Positions 34,272-42,429 of a stretch of DNA of 64,000 nucleotides are shown here, piece by piece (the first letter of the stretch is position 1; the number at the start of each line of letters is the position of its first letter). The position numbers and the translations under genes are program-made. Location: positions 36,686-100,685 of IMG/VR virus record IMGVR_UViG_3300045988_149331, one strand, 5' to 3'. The DNA comes from a virus. The notes beneath the pieces are model-generated. The model was not told the DNA's origin, made no database searches, and saw only the letters and a list, made by a program, of their open reading frames with translations.

Positions 34272-34760
34272 CTATCGGTTTTTGGTGTGTCTTATAACGC
34301 GACCCGTTTCTTCTGGTGTTTCATCCAACCCGCGGTTGTAGGGTGCGTCGGTGATTTCACTGAAGGGATAGGGTACAGGCATCGTGTTTAATTCCGCGCG
34401 GCTGGTTGGTTCTTTCCAAGAGCGAACTTTGCGTCCTGGTACGTGTTTCAAAACGTTGGGTGGAATGAGGTCCTTTGGCGGTTCGTACGCTGGAACTGGC
34501 GGCGGAGGCGGTACGACAGGCGCTGACTTACGAGGTCGTCGTTGCTTGTCCGTATTCGTGTTGGCGGTGACGATTTTAGTCGCTTTCTTACGCTCACTGA
34601 GTAAACCCCTTCGCGACGCCGTACTGCGGACCGTAGCGATCGACAACCCCCATTTAGCGCAAAACGCCTTAATATCCATCGTGGCGTAGGTTTCGATGAG
34701 TTCTCGTAAAGCGTCACTGCCTTCGACAAGAACTGATGGTTTACCAGCAATTCGCGACAT
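34272..34760 (-). CDS. hypothetical protein, N-terminal HTH-like and Pro-rich basic region
   Basis: FCAKWGLSIATVRSTASRRG; VVPPPPPVPAYEPP. Confidence 0.45.
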   Translation of the reverse strand: MSRIAGKPSVLVEGSDALRELIETYATMDIKAFCAKWGLSIATVRSTASRRGLLSERKKATKIVTANTNTDKQRRPRKSAPVVPPPPPVPAYEPPKDLIPPNVLKHVPGRKVRSWKEPTSRAELNTMPVPYPFSEITDAPYNRGLDETPEETGRVIRHTKNR

Positions 34761-34761
34761 A

Positions 34762-34995
34762 TCACAGGTAGGTTAAGGTGGTGTTGTATTTAACACGTTC
34801 TTCATTCAAGAGAGCCAACAGACGCTCTTCAGAACGCGACGACGATCCTTCGTAGTGATACTCGTCGAGTGTGAGTTCTACTTCAGCGTCGTTGTGTACG
34901 GGATAACCGCGGCCGCGCGCTATCAGCTGGCGTTCGGTTTTGGCGCGTTGACGACGTACATCCTCGATTTGGCGTATTATTTCGTCCTTAGTCAT
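34762..34995 (-). CDS. hypothetical protein
   Basis: Start set to ATG 34995, which overlaps the upstream stop by 1 nt (track start 35019). Confidence 0.4.
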   Translation of the reverse strand: MTKDEIIRQIEDVRRQRAKTERQLIARGRGYPVHNDAEVELTLDEYHYEGSSSRSEERLLALLNEERVKYNTTLTYL

Positions 34996-35324
34996 CACCG
35001 CGTCAGTTTTAACATCCAATCACGGAACTGGTACGGCGCACGTGGTTCGCGTTCTACCATCTGGCCTGTGCGTAGGTTACGCAGGTGGTAGGTCGGGAAC
35101 TCGTCCTCGGTATCGCCGCCAACGATAAGGCACGTGTCTTCGCCCTTACCAGCGGCGTCGTACATTTCGTCCAACAACCCGATAGGGTCGTCGTTGGCTT
35201 CGTCGTACACCACGGCGTACAGCGTGTGGAATTCTTCCTCGGTAAAGTCAACGCCCGTATAGGCGGCTATCTCGTCCCACGTCTTTACCTTTACGCGGGT
35301 GCCGATACGAAACAGCGGATTCAT
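34995..35324 (-). CDS. hypothetical protein
   Basis: 109-aa co-directional ORF. Confidence 0.45.
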   Translation of the reverse strand: MNPLFRIGTRVKVKTWDEIAAYTGVDFTEEEFHTLYAVVYDEANDDPIGLLDEMYDAAGKGEDTCLIVGGDTEDEFPTYHLRNLRTGQMVEREPRAPYQFRDWMLKLTR

Positions 35325-35659
35325 TTCTGCGCTTTATTAGGACCTTCAGGGTCGAGGTCGATAATAAGATTCTGCATTTTGTGGAGGTTGTAACGCACGA
35401 AAACCTCTTTAGCTATCAGCGTCTGGCGATACGCCTCAACGAGCGCCAAACGTAAATCTTCCAACTGCTCGCCGTTGATGGCCGCGTCGGCCAGAACTTT
35501 TCCTTCGAGGTCGGTGATGTTGATAATTACAGCCGAACCGTTGTACGCGTTACCGCTTACGTGCGTAAGCGTGTCCAACGTCTTCATTACGGCCTCAGCG
35601 GACTGGGCGTAGGCCTTACGTTTCTCGGCCAGGAACTGTTTAAGGGTCTTGGATTTCAT
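35321..35659 (-). CDS. hypothetical protein
   Basis: 112-aa co-directional ORF preceded by CTTAAATCGTAAAAC. Confidence 0.45.
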   Translation of the reverse strand: MKSKTLKQFLAEKRKAYAQSAEAVMKTLDTLTHVSGNAYNGSAVIINITDLEGKVLADAAINGEQLEDLRLALVEAYRQTLIAKEVFVRYNLHKMQNLIIDLDPEGPNKAQK

Positions 35660-35679
35660 TTCGTTTTACGATTTAAGTT

Positions 35680-35787
35680 CTACAATCTTACGGCGTCGGC
35701 CAAATAGGCTTCAGCCCCGGTAACGCTGGGCGTTTCGGCACCCCAGCCAGCGGCATACGCAGCAGCGATAAGCGTTTCGGCAGTCAT
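35680..35787 (-). CDS. 35-aa small ORF (unlisted)
   Basis: MTAETLIAAAYAAGWGAETPSVTGAEAYLADAVRL; preceded by the same CTTAAATCGTAAA leader as the next gene. Confidence 0.3.
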   Translation of the reverse strand: MTAETLIAAAYAAGWGAETPSVTGAEAYLADAVRL

Positions 35788-35789
35788 GG

Positions 35790-35981
35790 CTATTTACGAT
35801 TTAAGCGTTCCACTATACGATATATCACATACACGCCATACCCGATAACGAGCATGCCGAAGAGTTTTACCAACCCGTCACCGTACCAAATCAGGTTGAT
35901 ACCTACAAACGCTATCACGGCAACGATTATTACCAACATCCACGCGGCGCGTTCTTCCAACTGTTTACGATTCTTGTCCAT
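35790..35981 (-). CDS. small two-TM membrane protein
   Basis: MDKNRKQLEERAAWMLVIIVAVIAFVGINLIWYGDGLVKLFGMLVIGYGVYVIY; start moved to ATG 35981 (the track extension covers the promoter repeat). Confidence 0.45.
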   Translation of the reverse strand: MDKNRKQLEERAAWMLVIIVAVIAFVGINLIWYGDGLVKLFGMLVIGYGVYVIYRIVERLNRK

Positions 35982-36011
35982 TTTACAGAGTTTAGTTTCA
36001 TTTTCCAAGAG

Positions 36012-36042
36012 CGAAGGTAGTGTAAATCTCCAAGACTTCAAA
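36012..36042 (-). promoter_or_regulatory. Bacteroidota-type promoter, repeat copy C
   Basis: Minus: TTTG(36042-36039) N19 TACCTTCG(36019-36012). Confidence 0.5.
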
Positions 36043-36091
36043 GAGAATCGCGAAAAATCCTCCAAGAAAAGCGAATTATTTTCGTAAACCG

Positions 36092-36136
36092 CCAACAGAA
36101 ACCCCAGCTAACGGGGTGGATAGGTGTTAGCTGGGG
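36092..36136 (-). terminator. rho-independent terminator
   Basis: 11-bp perfect stem CCCCAGCTAAC/GTTAGCTGGGG (36102-36112 / 36126-36136) followed on minus strand by TTTCTGTT. Confidence 0.6.
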
Positions 36137-36189
36137 AGTTGTAAAACGAATAGTTATACCGCCTCACGGCGTCACGTAGTATAACGTTG

Positions 36190-36729
36190 TTAGATGAACT
36201 TACGAGCGATCCACTGGATGTACTCCTGTTCCACAGCAGCACGTTCGGCGTCACCGCGTTGACTCTTTTGTTCACAGATATACGCCCGTTTAGCGATCTC
36301 GTAGCAGGTGTCGTTACTCATTTGTTCCATCATCCACTGGTAGGCGTCAAACGTTTCGTCGTGGATGATATTAGTCACCATGGCGCTGGCGTCGTGAAGG
36401 TCGATCGTGACCAACGGAGTGCAAGGGTTGTGTGAACGTTTAGGGAACAACATCAACCACTTACGGTACGCACCTTCGTTGTACTGCTCGATGCCGCGGG
36501 TGACGATAATGCCGTTGGAAAGACACTCACGGTGACGCTTATATGCCTTGTACGCTCGCTTGTGTATACGCTGTACTACCTCGTTCCACGACATTTCGTC
36601 AGGGGTGATTTTCTCTAACCCCAACAGGTAGCGACACCAAAAGAACGACGGACGGTATTCCCACCACGTTACAACGACAATAGCCAGCGCACACGCCAGT
36701 GCGGCGAATAGGGTGAATTTATCCTCCAT
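36190..36729 (-). CDS. hypothetical protein with N-terminal TM segment
   Basis: FTLFAALACALAIVVVTWW hydrophobic N-terminus. Confidence 0.5.
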   Translation of the reverse strand: MEDKFTLFAALACALAIVVVTWWEYRPSFFWCRYLLGLEKITPDEMSWNEVVQRIHKRAYKAYKRHRECLSNGIIVTRGIEQYNEGAYRKWLMLFPKRSHNPCTPLVTIDLHDASAMVTNIIHDETFDAYQWMMEQMSNDTCYEIAKRAYICEQKSQRGDAERAAVEQEYIQWIARKFI

Positions 36730-36747
36730 ATTGGTCTTGAATTCTCG

Positions 36748-37320
36748 TTATCGCGAAGCGAACGTCACCTTGTACCACCCTGCGCCTGCAACGGCCACAA
36801 ATCGCGTGTTACGATCCTTCTCGTCGAGGGAGATGTACACCGCTGCTGACGTATTAGCGAACGCCGGCACCAACTCCACACCAACGCGCGTTTTCACAGC
36901 AGCCATCGTCACTACAGACACCTTCTCCACCGCGGTGTCTTCGCGTACGTCGAAACCCAACGCGCGGATTGCACCCATCACGTAGTCCGACTGGTCAACA
37001 CGACGCTGTAAGGTTTCCATCATCGCTGCGTGGTCGTTCTTGAATTCAGCGAACGAGCGGACCTCGGTGCTTTCGTGCACGAAATTACCAACCGTGTTTT
37101 CACCGATCACCACCACATGGCGCACGCGGTTGTACGTCCCACTCGCCACGGGCACTACTGCAGACACGTTCCAACCGATGGCCGCCACCTTGGTACGAAT
37201 GTAGTCGAGGCGCTCTTCCTTTTCACGATCGAGGTTCACCAGTACGTCAGCCTCTGCGGCGGAGATCAGTTCGATGGGCTGGCCGTTCCACTTTGATTTG
37301 AAGTCTTGAATTTCCATCAC
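36748..37320 (-). CDS. hypothetical protein
   Basis: 190-aa co-directional ORF. Confidence 0.5.
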   Translation of the reverse strand: MMEIQDFKSKWNGQPIELISAAEADVLVNLDREKEERLDYIRTKVAAIGWNVSAVVPVASGTYNRVRHVVVIGENTVGNFVHESTEVRSFAEFKNDHAAMMETLQRRVDQSDYVMGAIRALGFDVREDTAVEKVSVVTMAAVKTRVGVELVPAFANTSAAVYISLDEKDRNTRFVAVAGAGWYKVTFASR

Positions 37321-38555
37321 TTCTTGAATTTAGATTTTTGCTTTTTGTTGAACTTGTGCTGCGGGACACGTCCTTCCTCGCGGGTGAGTTCGTGATCGTC
37401 GTCAGCTGTCTTATTAAACTTTGAACGCCAGAAATCGACGTCAGCTGCAGCACGTTGTTTAGGACCTTCCAACATCTCACGCTGCTGACGTATACGCTGG
37501 AGGAACAGCTGCTTTATGGCCTCGCCTGAAGCGCGTTCTTCGGGGGTGAGGGGTTCGGCCTTGACGTCTTCAACCTCATCGATGCCGCTGACGGCGTGGT
37601 TGTGCTGGATGCGGTTGAAATCGTAGTTCATCGTAGACGGATATTCCATCTCGGCCTCAGGATCATATTCCTCGTTAGCGGGCATAAAGCGGGCATAATA
37701 CGAGTTGTGCAGTCCGGCAATGAGTTTCGGTAGACTCCAGTTCATGCGCGCAGCCACACGGCCAAGGATTATCTCCTTGAGGTTGATCGACTTATAGATG
37801 GTTTGTTGGATATGAAGGCGGATTTCAGTTTCGACGTTGACGTCGATGGCGCCGTTGATGAATATTTGGTCGCCTTCAGCCTCTTTACGGATCTGTTCCA
37901 GCGTCCGGAGCATCGCGTTATAAGCGTCCGTGCTGTTCAGGGCCTTATACCGCAGTTTCATCTGCGTGTACATCCAGCTAAGTTCTTCAAGACGAGGGCG
38001 TTTTGAGTAGAGACGTACGTCCTGGACGCGGTTACGGAATTCTTCGCGGCGTTTTTCAATGTCGGTGATGTAGTGCTTTAATACGTCCTGCACGTACGAA
38101 AGTTCTACCTGTATTTCACGACTTTCAGCCAAAATACGAACCACCTCCTTGGGGGTGAACATTTTCCCTAAAAGTTCCTTAATATCTTCGGCCAGCGAAA
38201 CGTCATTCATCCGTAAGGCGTCGTGCTCTGCCTTTTGTTGGCGGTGACGACGATATGCCAAATCGTAGCTTCCGCGTGCAGTGGCCAAAAGGCGATTGGC
38301 GGCCAACTGCGCTTTACGGCGTGCGATGTAGATTTCACGTATCTCTTCTTGTTCGCTGGTGGAGAGGTGCTTGATGGTTTCGTTGAGTTTCTTGGGGAAC
38401 CACATAAGGTGGATTTCCGTGCCGTCGGAAGCTAATAGGTGGATGCGTTTGAGGGTATTCGATTCCTTGAGTACCAAATATTTCTTCCAAGCCACAGGAT
38501 CAACGACTTCCGATGGAATTTCAGCGTTCAAAACCTCTTTTATGTCTTTTTCCAT
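37317..38555 (-). CDS. hypothetical protein
   Basis: 412-aa helical ORF. Confidence 0.55.
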   Translation of the reverse strand: MEKDIKEVLNAEIPSEVVDPVAWKKYLVLKESNTLKRIHLLASDGTEIHLMWFPKKLNETIKHLSTSEQEEIREIYIARRKAQLAANRLLATARGSYDLAYRRHRQQKAEHDALRMNDVSLAEDIKELLGKMFTPKEVVRILAESREIQVELSYVQDVLKHYITDIEKRREEFRNRVQDVRLYSKRPRLEELSWMYTQMKLRYKALNSTDAYNAMLRTLEQIRKEAEGDQIFINGAIDVNVETEIRLHIQQTIYKSINLKEIILGRVAARMNWSLPKLIAGLHNSYYARFMPANEEYDPEAEMEYPSTMNYDFNRIQHNHAVSGIDEVEDVKAEPLTPEERASGEAIKQLFLQRIRQQREMLEGPKQRAAADVDFWRSKFNKTADDDHELTREEGRVPQHKFNKKQKSKFKK

Positions 38556-38623
38556 TGCGTTGTACGGTGAATAGGTTTGGGGATTAATAACTGTTGGCGG
38601 TTGTTTTCTTCTATTGTGAGGGG

Positions 38624-38938
38624 CTATTTCTTTGAAATTTGCGGTGTTGGAAATAACGGCGGTGCTACCTCATCGCGATAATCTACAAAGGCCCAACGGT
38701 TGAATTCATTACTCAACGCGCCAAGCAACTCACGATCTCGCCAAATGTTATTACGAACCGGAAAGGGCTGGCGACGCATACGTTTGGGGACGATGCCGTA
38801 GTTAACCGTGTTGCGGGCTATGCCTTCACTAACCTTTACAGCATCGGGCACAGTCAAACTGAACGCCTGACCCGCGTCCTCAGGGTAGAGAACAGGGATC
38901 AGGAGTCCATCGCGTGTTTTATAGATTTCGTATTTCAT
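38624..38938 (-). CDS. hypothetical protein
   Basis: 104-aa ORF, 4-nt overlap upstream. Confidence 0.45.
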   Translation of the reverse strand: MKYEIYKTRDGLLIPVLYPEDAGQAFSLTVPDAVKVSEGIARNTVNYGIVPKRMRRQPFPVRNNIWRDRELLGALSNEFNRWAFVDYRDEVAPPLFPTPQISKK

Positions 38939-39207
38939 TCAGTGCACTTTTTCTCGTAGAACAACCGCCAACGCCAATACGGCATATAGTCGTTAAGTGT
39001 ATCAACGTTCACGATCTGTCCGCAATACGGACAACACACGCGGTCAGGTTCTACCAACGACTTAGGTGAGGTTATTTCTGTGCGCGCGAATATGAACTTT
39101 GCGCCACACATTTTGCAACGCTTTTTGTAAAGGGGGTTGTCGTAGTAGGTTTTACGACGCGACGCTTTGTCGTATTGTTTTAGACACCCTTTTTTAAGAG
39201 TTATCAT
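38935..39207 (-). CDS. zinc-ribbon protein
   Basis: CKMCGAKF....CCPYCGQ. Confidence 0.45.
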   Translation of the reverse strand: MITLKKGCLKQYDKASRRKTYYDNPLYKKRCKMCGAKFIFARTEITSPKSLVEPDRVCCPYCGQIVNVDTLNDYMPYWRWRLFYEKKCTE

Positions 39208-39272
39208 CGCTTTTCTTTATTACGTTCTCTGAATAACACCCAACGCAGTTTATTCGCCAACACCTGTCACTG

Positions 39273-39836
39273 TCATATCTTCTGTTGTTTCTTTTTACGT
39301 TGATACGCCATCCTGATGTTTTGGCCTGTGAGTTGGGCATATTCCGCTTTCGTTACCTCGCGACAGTCGGCAGGTATTTTGGCGCGTCCTGTTTCAACCA
39401 TCCATTCCGAGACGGCGAAACCGAACTCCGACCCTACGATTTTGATGTTGGCCTCAATCTCCACGCGTATGCCGGCGAAATAGTCCGTGTAACCGATGAT
39501 GGCGTTCACCTCGTTGCGGCTCACACGCGGTAGGCGTTGTAATTCACGCTCAACGGCGCGTCCTGCTTCAGTGGACGTATTAGGACGGTACTGATGCGCC
39601 AACGGCGAACCGTCCAATCGCCAAACGTTAGGATCAGGCGTTTCAGTGAACTCAATCGCGCTGATACCACCAGCCCAAAGCAGCCGTGGTGGACGGTAAC
39701 TCACACCGCCAAAGCCCTTCATCGCTGCACGCGCAGCGTTCAGAGCCTCCATACGGCGGTGCGCCAACGCGAATATAGCGTCATAGGTCGCCGTTCCCGG
39801 CGGCGTAACATAATATATCATCCGTTCGTCTTTCAT
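39273..39836 (-). CDS. hypothetical protein
   Basis: 187-aa co-directional ORF. Confidence 0.5.
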   Translation of the reverse strand: MKDERMIYYVTPPGTATYDAIFALAHRRMEALNAARAAMKGFGGVSYRPPRLLWAGGISAIEFTETPDPNVWRLDGSPLAHQYRPNTSTEAGRAVERELQRLPRVSRNEVNAIIGYTDYFAGIRVEIEANIKIVGSEFGFAVSEWMVETGRAKIPADCREVTKAEYAQLTGQNIRMAYQRKKKQQKI

Positions 39837-39842
39837 GGTCTT

Positions 39843-40625
39843 TTATCGTGTTTCTTTTTCCATCGCCACCATCGCGTACATCAACGCTCCGTACACGGCT
39901 TGTAACGCTGACGGTGCCGGAAACAACGAGCGGTTACGATTCATCGCTACCATTACACGGTCATCGTCCAAACGCTCAAAGCGCACATCACCATATTTCA
40001 GTAGTTCCAACAGTACGTCTTCAAACGTCAACGCTGGCTGATAGGTGTATCCCTTACAGTTGGCGAAGGCTGCGGCGGTGTTTACCGTCAACAGCCCGCT
40101 GGTGCGGTGACGATTCGACAAAATGAAGCCCAGCTGTTTGACAGGCTTCATGCCGCGATTCAAGAGTCTTGCTGAAGCAGCGGCGGGTAATACGTCGCGA
40201 CCGATAAACGGCGTACAATGGGCCTGGCGCGATCCGTAGTGTACAGGTTGGTCGTCGGTGGGTTCAGGTACGCGCTGGAGAGCAGCTTCCAAGGCTTCGC
40301 GCGGTGCTATTTCAGTAACGCCTTCAGTGATGTACCACTGACCCTCCAAACGGCTGGGTTGACGGTCGAAATAGTGTATCGTACCGTCAGCATCGGCGGC
40401 GTACCATCCGGGCTTGACGACGAAACTATGAGCCGTATTGGCGCGTCGTAGAGCCATGGCTTCGCCTACCTTCAACGGATAGCCGTGAGTGAGTATCTCG
40501 GCGGCATAGGCGTCGATTTCTGTGGTTTTGGCGTCAGGTGCAAAGCACATCACGCCGCGGTTGTACAACGGGTGTACCTCGCTGATGATGTAACGGCCTG
40601 TGAGACTCTTAATCAACCAAGCCAT
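39843..40625 (-). CDS. hypothetical protein
   Basis: 260-aa co-directional ORF. Confidence 0.5.
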   Translation of the reverse strand: MAWLIKSLTGRYIISEVHPLYNRGVMCFAPDAKTTEIDAYAAEILTHGYPLKVGEAMALRRANTAHSFVVKPGWYAADADGTIHYFDRQPSRLEGQWYITEGVTEIAPREALEAALQRVPEPTDDQPVHYGSRQAHCTPFIGRDVLPAAASARLLNRGMKPVKQLGFILSNRHRTSGLLTVNTAAAFANCKGYTYQPALTFEDVLLELLKYGDVRFERLDDDRVMVAMNRNRSLFPAPSALQAVYGALMYAMVAMEKETR

Positions 40626-41076
40626 CGCGGTGTAGTATTTCGTAAAACTCGCGCGGCCAAACGATATTATCAGGCAGCGGAACCAGAAACGACGCCAAGG
40701 CCGTGGCGAACGTTTCGGCTACTTCCTCCACGCTCCAACCAGCAATTCCACAACCGATCTTCGTCACGTAAAAACGCAGTTCGGGGTGTTGGCTGGTGTA
40801 AAGGATGAAACGGTCGCACGCCTCCAAAAGTACCTCGCGCGGAACCCTTGCTTTGCCGTATTCCGGGAATTCGTCTTCGGCGTTGATTTCGACATATTCC
40901 ATCGTCGGGATGGCGTAGCTTTGGCCTTGAGGACCTTCGGCTTGACCGTTGACGGCGCCAAAACGCTTCAGTGCCACAAGAGCCGCACCGCCGCAGTGCT
41001 CGCCGTCGGTATTAGAACCGAACACGAAGACGCCATCGTCGGGGAGTTTCGCTAAATTATCGGGTGTAAATTCCAT
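40609..41076 (-). CDS. hypothetical protein, possible nucleotide-binding Rossmann/SLOG-like fold
   Basis: FVFGSNTDGEHCGGAALVA..FGA..G.AEGPQGQSYAIPT resembles a recurrent phage family motif (GSN..G.HG.GAA...G..G.SYAIPT); family identity from memory only. Confidence 0.3.
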   Translation of the reverse strand: MEFTPDNLAKLPDDGVFVFGSNTDGEHCGGAALVALKRFGAVNGQAEGPQGQSYAIPTMEYVEINAEDEFPEYGKARVPREVLLEACDRFILYTSQHPELRFYVTKIGCGIAGWSVEEVAETFATALASFLVPLPDNIVWPREFYEILHRDGLVD

Positions 41077-41078
41077 AG

Positions 41079-41285
41079 TTAGATTTCTTCGATTTCGTTG
41101 TTTTGGAGTTTTTTCTTGTGTTTCACAAGGTCTATAACGGTGGTACTGACGCCGTCTTCGCCAAGGAACTGAACGCCGAGTTCGTTCTTTTCAGGGCGTA
41201 TAGCTACCACACGGAATGGAATGCCCGCCGGGTGAGTGTATTTTCCGCCAACGCGGAAGAACCGCGCTTTACTTTTCTTGGTCAT
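41079..41285 (-). CDS. hypothetical small protein
   Basis: 68-aa ORF. Confidence 0.4.
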   Translation of the reverse strand: MTKKSKARFFRVGGKYTHPAGIPFRVVAIRPEKNELGVQFLGEDGVSTTVIDLVKHKKKLQNNEIEEI

Positions 41286-41889
41286 TGAGTTTGTCTATTT
41301 GGGTGGTTAATTTCGTCACCAGGTTGGTGAACTCTTCGATGATAGCGGCTTTTTCAGGCGTATATCCTTTGGCTTTTTCGTCAACGTGTTTGCATAACTC
41401 GTTGACCTCGGTTTTAAGGCGTTTGAGGCTGGCCTCAAACCGCAAAGCCTCAATTTTTGCCGTTGAAGCGTATTGGAGTCGGCAACCTACACCCTCGAAA
41501 CAACCGCTCTCACCTAACTTTCGTTTCACACAAAAGCCGGCTTCAGGCAACGGCGTCAGGTCTGAGAAATTGAGAGGCGTCACCCGCGCTTCATCCGGCG
41601 TGGTGTCGGTCACGCGATACACGCCTATGATACGACCGTGATTTTCTGCATACAACAGGTCGTCAATATACAGCAGCGTGGGGACCTTATTCCAAGCGTC
41701 AAAATACTTGCGTTTGACGGCCATATTTTTCAGAATACCAGGTCGAACAGCTACAGCGCACATCACGATTTCCTCGGCACCCATGATCGGGATAGTGGGA
41801 GTAGCGGCTTCGTCACCGACGGCGATCACGTTGAAGACGTGAAGCGCAGGACGGTACACCCATTCTCTTCCAACAAGTTTCTCTTCCAT
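41269..41889 (-). CDS. hypothetical protein
   Basis: Start set to ATG 41889 (MEEKLVG), 1 nt after the upstream stop; the track start 41916 overlaps the upstream gene. Confidence 0.5.
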   Translation of the reverse strand: MEEKLVGREWVYRPALHVFNVIAVGDEAATPTIPIMGAEEIVMCAVAVRPGILKNMAVKRKYFDAWNKVPTLLYIDDLLYAENHGRIIGVYRVTDTTPDEARVTPLNFSDLTPLPEAGFCVKRKLGESGCFEGVGCRLQYASTAKIEALRFEASLKRLKTEVNELCKHVDEKAKGYTPEKAAIIEEFTNLVTKLTTQIDKLNDQEK

Positions 41890-41890
41890 T

Positions 41891-42286
41891 TTAGTTGTAG
41901 TTTTTGCGTAATTCATCCAGTTTGGCGACGTATACCTCCATCAACGCAGGATCATACGCCATACGGCGTTTCCATGCGTCAATACTCTCGGTAGCGGGCA
42001 GTACACTCGAATAGTCAGGCGAGGGGCTTTGGTCAGCCCACGAGCGCTGGGCGTCTTCCATCATATAGGCCACCAACTCCCACTCGTAAGGCGAATGGAC
42101 CTCGGTGCGCAGGTACTCGTAGTGTACCAAGATTTCGATGGGGTCCTCGGTACGGAAGGCGAAGTCGGCGTTCGACGATTCAGAGAAGCCTCTCCCCCGG
42201 CCTATCAACCCCGACCGCAGCCACTGGTGATAAACGGGCTTTCCGGTTTCAGAGGTTCGTTTCAAAAGGTAATATAAACTCTTCAT
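41891..42286 (-). CDS. hypothetical protein
   Basis: Start set to ATG 42286 (MKSLYY); the track start 42349 is a GTG reading through the CGCCAACGTTATT motif. Confidence 0.45.
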   Translation of the reverse strand: MKSLYYLLKRTSETGKPVYHQWLRSGLIGRGRGFSESSNADFAFRTEDPIEILVHYEYLRTEVHSPYEWELVAYMMEDAQRSWADQSPSPDYSSVLPATESIDAWKRRMAYDPALMEVYVAKLDELRKNYN

Positions 42287-42311
42287 GATGTTGTTAGAAT
42301 TTTCTGTTCTT

Positions 42312-42324
42312 AATAACGTTGGCG
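42312..42324 (-). promoter_or_regulatory. CGCCAACGTTATT motif copy
   Basis: Plus AATAACGTTGGCG, 25 nt upstream of ATG 42286. Confidence 0.35.
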
Positions 42325-42429
42325 ATTTGCCTTGGCGATGGTACGCCACGCGACGAATTACGTCGCGCCGGATGAGGTTCTATCGGTTCATCGGCGGTGT
42401 CTTCAATGCGGTCTTCGGCCTTGTTGAGT

